Below, in pieces: positions 56,604 to 64,000 of a stretch of DNA of 64,000 bases. Source of the DNA: Sedimentisphaerales bacterium (GTDB lineage Bacteria; Planctomycetota; Phycisphaerae; Sedimentisphaerales; Anaerobacaceae); assembly GCA_040772485.1 (NCBI GenBank), contig JAXGYC010000008.1, positions 160,001 through 224,000 on the forward strand. The letters are read 5' to 3'. How positions within the stretch are numbered: the first letter of the stretch is position 1; each line of letters begins with the position of its first letter. Both the position numbers and the translations under genes were made by a program. The notes under the pieces were generated by a model that was not told the origin of the DNA, did not search any database, and saw nothing but the letters and a program-made list of their open reading frames with translations.

Positions 56604-57974
56604 TCAGACCTTTTCCACGACGGGATGCACCCATGGCGCCCGGTAGGGCCGCGCTAACAGATGGTTGGCTTGCTCGTCGCCCACCACCTGGCCGCTGGCC
56701 TGGTCCCACGTCAAGCTCCGCTTCAGTTGCAGCGAGAGATTCGCGAGCACGCACATGCTCGTGGACGTGCTCCCCTCAGCGATATCCGCTCGGGGACGCC
56801 CCCGATTGGCGATGCACCGCAACAGATCCTTCATATGCTCGCGGATCGCCGGCGCAACGTGGTACTCGATTCTCTTTTCCGTCTTGTCCTCCGGGAACTC
56901 GTCGCTGTCCACCGGGTACTTGGCGTTGGGGTCATTCCATTCGCGATGGATGGGCGTACCGCCGTCCAGCGGGATGAAGTCGAAACTGTACACGCCGGCT
57001 TTCAGTGTCCCCTTCTCTCCGTAGAAAGTCGCTCCCCATCGGTACTTCGGGTCCGGTCCTTCACCAAAGTGGCGATGCTGCCAGGTGATTTGCAGGTCGC
57101 CGTAATCGAAGGTCGCCGTCTGCATGTCGGGGATATTGGGTTTGCCTTCCTTATGAAAGTAATTGCCGCCGGTGGAGGACACCCGCTGGGGCCAGCCCAG
57201 GTCCATCATCCAGCGCACCATGTCGATCATGTGAATGCCCATGTCCCCGATCGTGCCGTTGCCGTATTCCATATAGTTGCGCCAGCTGCCGGGGTGGATG
57301 GTCTTGTTGAACGGCCGCATCGGCGCCGGGCCGGTCCACATCTCGTAGTCGAGCGTCTCCGGCGGCGCCTCGTCGGGCGGATTGACAATGCCGCGACGGC
57401 CATAGCAATAGGTCTCCACCAGGCCGATTCGGCCCAGGCGGCCTTCCGCGATCAAGTCACGCGCCTCGAACAGGTGCGGCGTGCTGCGCCGCTGCGTCCC
57501 TACCTGCACCACACGCTGGTACTTGCGCGCCGCGGCCACCATGGCCTGGCATTCGACCACGTCCACACCAATCGGCTTTTGTACGTATACGTCCGCCCCG
57601 GCCTGCACCGCCGCGATCATCGGCAAAGCGTGCCAGTGGTCCGGCGTGGCGATCAGCACGATGTCCAGATCCCTTTCCTTCAACATTTCGCGGTAGTCAC
57701 TATAGGTCCGTGGTTTCTTCTTCGAAAGCTGGCGGCTCGCCACGATGTCGGCCGCTTCCGCCAACATTCCCCTGTCCACGTCGCAGAGCGAAACCACCTC
57801 GACTGGCGCGACCTGGATCAGACGCAACAAGTCAATCTTGCCATACCAGCCACTGCCGATCAGACCGACCCGTTTCTTCTGCTCAGCCAATTCGCCTGCA
57901 AAGTTGGGGAGTCTCGCTGTCGCTACTGCAGTGAATCCCACCACGCTCTTGCGCAGGAATTCTCTTCGCTTCAT
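56604..57974 (-). CDS. Tat-exported Gfo/Idh/MocA family oxidoreductase
   Basis: KRREFL, IGSGWYG, TPDHWH, YVQKP, GTQRRS, DMGIHMID. Confidence 0.93.
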   Translation of the reverse strand: MKRREFLRKSVVGFTAVATARLPNFAGELAEQKKRVGLIGSGWYGKIDLLRLIQVAPVEVVSLCDVDRGMLAEAADIVASRQLSKKKPRTYSDYREMLKERDLDIVLIATPDHWHALPMIAAVQAGADVYVQKPIGVDVVECQAMVAAARKYQRVVQVGTQRRSTPHLFEARDLIAEGRLGRIGLVETYCYGRRGIVNPPDEAPPETLDYEMWTGPAPMRPFNKTIHPGSWRNYMEYGNGTIGDMGIHMIDMVRWMMDLGWPQRVSSTGGNYFHKEGKPNIPDMQTATFDYGDLQITWQHRHFGEGPDPKYRWGATFYGEKGTLKAGVYSFDFIPLDGGTPIHREWNDPNAKYPVDSDEFPEDKTEKRIEYHVAPAIREHMKDLLRCIANRGRPRADIAEGSTSTSMCVLANLSLQLKRSLTWDQASGQVVGDEQANHLLARPYRAPWVHPVVEKV

Positions 57975-58179
57975 TGGTCGCCCTTTCTGTTTTCCAGGAT
58001 GAACACCGGCAGTGCCCACGGTAGTGGCAGGCCCGGACTTCCCAACGGACCCAGGCGGCCCGCTCAGCGCCAAAACAACGCGCGTCGATAATCCTCTGCG
58101 GAAGCCTGCCAGCTCCATGTGCCTTGCCATGAGTGGTCTCTCTTAACAAGGAATCTCGCCCATGCTGCAATTCGTTGTA

Positions 58180-59361
58180 TCACATGGCACCGCCCAGGAA
58201 GCCCTCATGGAAGAAGACCGGTCGATAGCCGTGATCGGTGATCCACCGGAGTGTGGTGTCGAGCCTCACAAAGTGGTCCGCGATGTAATTCGAGTAGAAT
58301 GGCCAGAAGTATTGCTCGTGGGTGAAGAGGTCCATGATCTCCGCCTGGTCGGGATCCCTTTCCAGAGGCTCCAGCGTGGCAACGATCTGATCGACAGGCG
58401 TATTGTTGCAGACGATATCGATTCGCGAGAACACGATCCCGCCTTCGAAATCCATGAGAGCATCGTGGCGGGAGAGATACTCTGATCGTACATCGTCGAG
58501 GAGATAGTTGATATCCCAGATCGCGTTCTGCCGCTGGAAGTACCCGCTGAGCACCCGCACACCCCGCTCGTACAAGGGCTTCAGGGCGTTCGGCTGCACC
58601 ATACCCCAATGAATGACCGTTGGAGGACTGTACGTCTGTTCGCCGGCGAAACGTACAATTTGCTCGGCGACCTGATCCAGATCGGCGATCAATCGATCCG
58701 GCGGCGCGTTCTGATACGGACGATCGGGCAGGTTGGCATGGGCATGGAACGCCAAACGGAGCCAATCGGCACTATCCCGCCACTCGCCCTTGTAGCGATC
58801 GGGGAATTGAGGAAGCTCAAACCCATCTTCCGTCGTGTAGTAGATGTTGAGCACGAAACGGGTTCCGTACTTCGAATGGAGTTCGCGGAGACCCTTCAGA
58901 TAGAAGCAGTCAAAAAGCGAAGCGTATTTCTGACGGGCGATATCCCGCAGGAAGAAGCTGTTGTCATCGATGGAAAACCGATATCGGGGCTGGGAGTGCC
59001 GGTCCCAGATGACCCGCACATGATGCTCCTGCCGACCTGAACTGCCCTGCGCCACAGCAGCGATCTGGGTCTCCCGCTGATAGAGCACGATGTCCGCTTT
59101 GAAGCTGGTCCCCACCCGCCGTGCCGGAACGCCGTTCACGACCACCCGATCCTGTGCTGGCGCCTGGCCGGACACGCAGATCCTCAAGCCGCCGTCCACC
59201 AGGGCGCCGTGCCTGTGATTCAGCACGGCACCATGAAACGGCTCGTCGATTCTCAGTGCCGACGGTGGTTGTCCCAACACCTCGGAGCCCCGCAGAACGA
59301 TTCCGGCAAGGCCTGCTGTGGCCTGGAGGAACTGCCTTCGCGTCGCCGTCGCCTCTCGCAC
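58180..59361 (-). CDS. Tat-exported hypothetical protein, Ig-like N-terminus plus possible NodB/deacetylase-like barrel
   Basis: TRRQFL, FSIDD, AFHAH, FTHEQYF. Fold assignment is tentative. Confidence 0.7.
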   Translation of the reverse strand: MREATATRRQFLQATAGLAGIVLRGSEVLGQPPSALRIDEPFHGAVLNHRHGALVDGGLRICVSGQAPAQDRVVVNGVPARRVGTSFKADIVLYQRETQIAAVAQGSSGRQEHHVRVIWDRHSQPRYRFSIDDNSFFLRDIARQKYASLFDCFYLKGLRELHSKYGTRFVLNIYYTTEDGFELPQFPDRYKGEWRDSADWLRLAFHAHANLPDRPYQNAPPDRLIADLDQVAEQIVRFAGEQTYSPPTVIHWGMVQPNALKPLYERGVRVLSGYFQRQNAIWDINYLLDDVRSEYLSRHDALMDFEGGIVFSRIDIVCNNTPVDQIVATLEPLERDPDQAEIMDLFTHEQYFWPFYSNYIADHFVRLDTTLRWITDHGYRPVFFHEGFLGGAM

Positions 59362-59728
59362 GTTCGGCCTCCCGTTCTTTCCTCTTCACGATGTCGTGCC
59401 TTGGCACTCTCGATTCCCCGAAGCAGATCAACGGGGCGTGCCGCGCGACGGCCACAGAATAGCAGACGGACAACCACGCGTACAGCACCTGTCTCATGGT
59501 AACCCCTCAAAAGAAGTGCCGTTTTCGTCTTCCCCCCGCTGCTGCTTGCTCGCGCCGCCCTCCAACGGTCCATCACGACCGCACATCCCCTGCCAGCAGC
59601 CAGGAGTTCGGCAGGGAAAGTGACGCCAGGACCGACTGCGGAACCTCGTCTTCACATCTCGATACTGAATCCCCAGCCTCGGCCATGGCACCCGGCGCTT
59701 GGGGGGAATCTCGGTGCGTCCTGGCTAT

Positions 59729-59758
59729 TTGCAGATTCCTGGCTACCTGGGGTATAAT
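59729..59758 (+). promoter_or_regulatory. sigma70-like promoter
   Basis: TTGCAG-18nt-TATAAT upstream of an AAGGAG RBS. Confidence 0.55.
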
Positions 59759-59804
59759 CGAGGCGGCTTCAGACAAGGGGAATTCCGGATGAAGGAGCCG
59801 TATC

Positions 59805-60644
59805 ATGTGCCTTCCACCGAAGAGGGCATTCACACTGATTGAGTTGTTGGTCGTGATTGCCGTCATCGCGGTGTTGATGGCCATTCTCATGCCCGCGCTG
59901 ATGAGAGCAAAAGAGGCCGGCAAGACCGTGAAGTGTCAAGCCAATCTGCGGACCTTAACCACCGCCTGGTATGCCTATGCCACCGACAACGAGGATCGGC
60001 TGTGCGGCTCGTGGAACTACAATGGCAGCAGTTGGGGCAGCCCCTCCGACTGGGCGTGGGCTCCCTGGCAGGTCGGTGGCAGTTCTGCTGTGACCGATTA
60101 CTTCAACGCCACCCGTGAGGAACGATACGAAGGCATCCAGAGAGGGGTCCTCTACCCATACACCCGGAGCGTGAGCTGCTATCATTGCCCGAGCGACCAA
60201 AGCGTGGGCCAGAACTTCCGCAGCTATTCCATGCCGGACAGCCTGAATGGATGGTGGGCCAAGGACAAGCCCGGCGGCATTGCCAACTGGCGCAACGTGC
60301 TGCGTCTGTCCCAAATCGCCAGGCCCTCGCAGGCGTACGTGCTGCTCGAAGAGAACGACCCGCGGGGCTACAACATCAACGCGTGGGTGATTGATCCCAC
60401 CGGGGGCACGGAGGCGACGAACTGGTCGGACCCCCTGGTGGTCTGGCACGGCGCCCGCAGCAGTTTCGGGTTCGGCGACGGGCATGCCGAGACCTGGAAG
60501 TGGAGCATCGAGACGCTCAAGCTCTTTCGAGAATTCACTACATGGCGCCAGCCCACTCCGCAGACAGCGGAGGGCATTGAAGACCTCAAACGGATCCATC
60601 GCGGCTGGCCGACGCCTGACAAAGGCAGAGCGGGGAGCAGGTAG
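59805..60644 (+). CDS. Prepilin-type N-terminal cleavage/methylation protein with H-X9-DG C-terminus (DUF1559-like)
   Basis: [42 protein letters not shown]. Confidence 0.92.
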   Translation: MCLPPKRAFTLIELLVVIAVIAVLMAILMPALMRAKEAGKTVKCQANLRTLTTAWYAYATDNEDRLCGSWNYNGSSWGSPSDWAWAPWQVGGSSAVTDYFNATREERYEGIQRGVLYPYTRSVSCYHCPSDQSVGQNFRSYSMPDSLNGWWAKDKPGGIANWRNVLRLSQIARPSQAYVLLEENDPRGYNINAWVIDPTGGTEATNWSDPLVVWHGARSSFGFGDGHAETWKWSIETLKLFREFTTWRQPTPQTAEGIEDLKRIHRGWPTPDKGRAGSR

Positions 60645-60718
60645 CGACCTCCAGAGGATCTTCGCTGTCCCAGCGCGTCAGAGCCCCTTTTCCCGAAGGC
60701 TCATCCCTTGGGCCGCGA

Positions 60719-62149
60719 TCATACCTCCTCGACGACTTTCAGTCCCATCAGAGGCGTCAAGTCTCTCATGCACTTGATGTGGTTGCCGTAGAAGACCACC
60801 CGGTGGAGCAGGGTCATCATGTCACCGTCCGGGAGCCCGCCGCCCCAGTTGCGGGCCATGTGCCTTGCATTCGACACCTCGGTCGTAATCTGCGTTCGAC
60901 ACCCACGATCATGAAAATCGGTCAGCTCAATGATCTTGCCGGTGGAAATCAGCATCGTGTCCAGATTGACCAGCTTGGCGCATGTGATTTCCTGGCCTGG
61001 GCGCATCTGGACCTCCAAGGACACGCCCTGATCGCTGTCGCACTGCGTCCGGATCAGAAACGGGGCTCGCGCTCCGGTCGGGCCGTCGAGTTTGGTCGTG
61101 GACGTGCAGTGGGCATGAATGACGGCATTCCTGGAAGTGTCGAAGAGCGGATCGCTGATGAACCCGGGCACGCCGAACGCGTGGGCAAAGAGCAGCATCG
61201 TCAGGGTCGAGTCCATGTCGCCTTCGCAGGCGCCCACCAGCCCCAGATCATTCAGCTTGCTGAACGTCAGACAGCCCTTCGCCGGCTCTCCCATGCAGTG
61301 GGAGCTCGTCATCGCCTGGGCACGCTCCTCAATCATGATCCGCCGGACCGCCAGATACATGCGGGCCGAGTTGATGATGTCCGCCCTGGAGGGCTCAACG
61401 ATCTTCTTCGCCTGGCCGATCCAGTACTGTTCGGCCTCCGCCTCCGCCGCACTCGGATCAACAGCCTTGTAGGCCGACAGAATCCGTTCCTGGCTGATCG
61501 GGATCACCTCGGGACCGAGCTGCCGCCTGACTTGCTCAGGCGAGCATGCCGGCGCCGTCCCGCGAGCGGACCCCACAACGATCACCCGTGATTGACGCAT
61601 CCGCACAGGGACGCGCAGTAGCGCAACCGCCCGCTCCAAGTCCCCGTAATCACTCGACGTCACGAGGATGACTCTCTTGCCTGCCTGCTGCCATCGAGGG
61701 ACATACATCCAATCGTGTCCGCTGAAAGGCTGTGAGAATATGGCGGAAGGCAGTCCCGCCTCCACCAGCTTGAGCAATGGCTCGCCGCTGCCGAAGCTCA
61801 GATGCACCGCGAGTAGAGCGTCAGCGTCCTTGAGCTTGGTCGCGACCTCCGTCGCGGCCGGTACGGTATTGGGAATCAGCTCTCCGCCAACGAACGCGAT
61901 GTCATCAAGCCGAGTCTGCACACCGGCAAGGTAATCCTTGAACTTCGTGACTTCCGCAGGGGCATCGAACGTCGGTGTAGGCCATGCGCCTCCGGTGCCG
62001 ACGTAGACAACGTGGATTCTCACTGGGGGCAGCTTGGGCCAACCTGCTTCCTCTGCGACGGCTAACGGCCGGGCCGCCAATCCTCCAGCCAGCAGCACAC
62101 CTCCCGCAGCAGCCGCACCAAGGAACTCACGTCTGGACATATCTCGCAT
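60719..62149 (-). CDS. Tat-exported L-fucose isomerase-like protein
   Basis: SRREFL, ACEGD.DS, HAHCT, CRTQ, HRVVFYG. Confidence 0.78.
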   Translation of the reverse strand: MRDMSRREFLGAAAAGGVLLAGGLAARPLAVAEEAGWPKLPPVRIHVVYVGTGGAWPTPTFDAPAEVTKFKDYLAGVQTRLDDIAFVGGELIPNTVPAATEVATKLKDADALLAVHLSFGSGEPLLKLVEAGLPSAIFSQPFSGHDWMYVPRWQQAGKRVILVTSSDYGDLERAVALLRVPVRMRQSRVIVVGSARGTAPACSPEQVRRQLGPEVIPISQERILSAYKAVDPSAAEAEAEQYWIGQAKKIVEPSRADIINSARMYLAVRRIMIEERAQAMTSSHCMGEPAKGCLTFSKLNDLGLVGACEGDMDSTLTMLLFAHAFGVPGFISDPLFDTSRNAVIHAHCTSTTKLDGPTGARAPFLIRTQCDSDQGVSLEVQMRPGQEITCAKLVNLDTMLISTGKIIELTDFHDRGCRTQITTEVSNARHMARNWGGGLPDGDMMTLLHRVVFYGNHIKCMRDLTPLMGLKVVEEV

Positions 62150-62501
62150 GTGTCACATCTCCTTCTTCGTCTTGTCGATTCGTTGATGGACATGTGTACG
62201 GCCAATCTGACAGGGTAATCTCCTCTCCGCCGGATTTCCATACCGTTTTCTGCGATTCCGTCTCTGATATGGTGGCCCTGCCCCTCGCTCCGAGCAGTCA
62301 TCCGTCCAACGCGTCAGAACCTGCCCGGCCCGCCACAGCCCCGCCGCTCATCAGGATAGCCGGATTCCAGGCTGTCCACCGGTACATCCGCGCAGCAACG
62401 GCTGCCCGCCAGCAGATAGTGGTATTGTGGGCCGCCCTGCTGTAGTATGTTGTCTGACCAAATCGGGGGCATAACTTGATAAAACTGAAGAGGAGCACAT
62501 C

Positions 62502-63350
62502 ATGATGAAGCTGGGGATGCACGTAGACAATTGGAGGCACTTCGATGTTTCCTATCACGTTCCTTGCCAGTTCGCCAAGGACCACGGCCTCGAATACGTG
62601 GAGTTTGGCACCATTGACGGGGACTACTTCATCCAGGCATTGGGGTACAGTCCGCACATACCGCTTCATTCGGACCCACTCCAGTTGAAGCGATACTTGG
62701 ATTCCCTCGGATTGAAAATGTCCCAGCTCGATGCCGCGTATCCGATGTCCTCTCCCGAAGGCCAATACCGCGGCATCGGCTACACGCTTCGCGCGATTCA
62801 ATTCGCCAGCGCCGTCGGCTGTCCCTGCGTGGACACCACGGATGGCGCTCGCAAGCCCGCGGGATACACCGACGACGAGGTCCTGTCGCTCATGAAGCAA
62901 TACTACCGGGTCGTGTTGGAATGGGCCGAGAGGTACGAGGTCATCATCAACGTCGAGCCGCACGGACCCTATACGACCAACCCGGATACGATGGAACGAA
63001 TCCTCAGCTTCTTCGACTCACCCTACCTCAGATTGAATCTCGATACGGGCAATACGTTCATCGCTGGCCAGGATCCCGTCAGATTTCTCCAGCGGTTTCG
63101 ACACAAGCTATCCCATTGTCACATCAAGGACGTCAGCGAGGCTCTGGCGAGAGCGGCGAGAGGCCAGGAAACAGGTATCGCATCGTCCGTAGTCGCCATT
63201 GGTGAGGGCGCGAACGCCGAAAACATCGCCGGCTGCATCGAAGTGTTGAAGGAGACCCGATGGGACGGGGTCCTGTCCATTGAGTCTGAAGCAGCCCCTG
63301 GCAAGATCGAGCAGAGTATCGAGTGGTTGCGAAAGGAAATCGCCCGTTAG
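62502..63350 (+). CDS. Sugar phosphate isomerase/epimerase (TIM barrel), cytoplasmic
   Basis: NVEPHG, NLDTGN, HCHIKD, LSIE. Confidence 0.9.
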   Translation: MMKLGMHVDNWRHFDVSYHVPCQFAKDHGLEYVEFGTIDGDYFIQALGYSPHIPLHSDPLQLKRYLDSLGLKMSQLDAAYPMSSPEGQYRGIGYTLRAIQFASAVGCPCVDTTDGARKPAGYTDDEVLSLMKQYYRVVLEWAERYEVIINVEPHGPYTTNPDTMERILSFFDSPYLRLNLDTGNTFIAGQDPVRFLQRFRHKLSHCHIKDVSEALARAARGQETGIASSVVAIGEGANAENIAGCIEVLKETRWDGVLSIESEAAPGKIEQSIEWLRKEIAR

Positions 63351-63637
63351 TTGGAGTGTCATAGCAGAGAAGCATGCCGATTACCCCTTGCGCAGACCTT
63401 GCTCGCGCGTCCTTCCATTCATTCATTCACAGCGACGCCTACAAGCGGAATTCCGCCCTTTCTCATGGCATACTCAGAGAAAATCCGCGGTCCTGGATAT
63501 CGCTCCATCACCCTGTTTCGAGATGACTGCCGGGTGTCAGTATCCGGAGGCCTTGAGGCCACCTGCGAATGAAGGGGGTCCGGCTCTGTGGGCAGGTGCC
63601 CCGAATCGTACTGTAGCCAAAGTCGTGTGTCAGGACG

Positions 63638-64000
63638 CTATTCTGCAACCGGTCTGCCGAAGCCGATGTCGTCGATGTAGACGGTGCCCGTGCCGCCGGC
63701 GACCGGGCTGGTCCGGTTGCCGACGCCGATGGTCATCTTCTCGACCGACGCCGGATTGACGCCGCCAAACTCACTCAGCGCGATCTGCCACGGTTGCCAC
63801 TCCGCCGCCAGGACAGCGTCCGGGTTCGCATTGCTGACGGTTGCGGTGTGCCCGGCGCGGTCTTCCAGCGTGATGTAGAGCGTCTGCGCCGAGTTCGCCG
63901 CATCGCCACGGAAGTACAGCCTCAAACTGTCGCCTCCGCCAACGGTCCAATCCTGGGCCGAATCAAAGATCCGCTCGGCTTCCGAGTAAAACGGCGAAGC
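63638..64000 (-). CDS. 3' end of a discoidin/LamG-family surface protein, paralogue of 48629-51505 (partial)
   Basis: Frame is open from the window end: SPFYSEAERIFDSAQDW...GGTGTVYIDDIGFGRPVAE. Confidence 0.88.
   Translation of the reverse strand, partial: ASPFYSEAERIFDSAQDWTVGGGDSLRLYFRGDAANSAQTLYITLEDRAGHTATVSNANPDAVLAAEWQPWQIALSEFGGVNPASVEKMTIGVGNRTSPVAGGTGTVYIDDIGFGRPVAE

Noticed and set aside
57980..58140. Cobalamin riboswitch-like words (GGGAA, GCCACT) upstream of the oxidoreductase
   Set aside because: Order and spacing do not fit the B12 box, and the downstream gene is unrelated.
1..64000. CRISPR arrays, rRNA, integrase/transposase genes, selenocysteine read-through
   Set aside because: No regularly spaced repeats, rRNA-like tracts or recombinase motifs seen. 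The redox genes are uninterrupted by in-frame TGA.

Overview
This is a GC-rich bacterial window whose gene content points to an anaerobic planctomycete, probably Phycisphaerae/Sedimentisphaerales-like (inference, no rRNA here). The evidence is four prepilin/H-X9-DG (DUF1559-like) paralogues, many Tat-exported Gfo/Idh/MocA and TIM-barrel proteins, dockerin-tailed enzymes and LamG/discoidin surface proteins. About 44 CDS are supported. The best candidate for an undescribed system is a sigma54-driven operon at 37331-30622. It encodes a small tandem-Cys protein, a NuoE/HydC-like subunit with an extra Cys-rich tail, a NuoF/HydB-GltD fusion, a truncated NuoG/HydA-like FeS subunit with no catalytic domain, and a stand-alone FMN glutamate-synthase-family subunit with no glutaminase partner. 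It has its own cytoplasmic two-component system, a near-perfect -24/-12 promoter and tandem palindromic UAS candidates, and converges on a Re-citrate-synthase-like gene. A 3' tRNA-fMet fragment with terminator and IHF site at about 40.55 kb looks like an integration scar. Beyond it lie a putative amino-sugar catabolic cluster and a prepilin/Zn-ribbon/LamG module. A 98-bp MITE-like element and REP-like hairpins are present. No CRISPR array, rRNA, intact tRNA or integrase was seen. All functional calls come from motif recognition by eye, not database searches.
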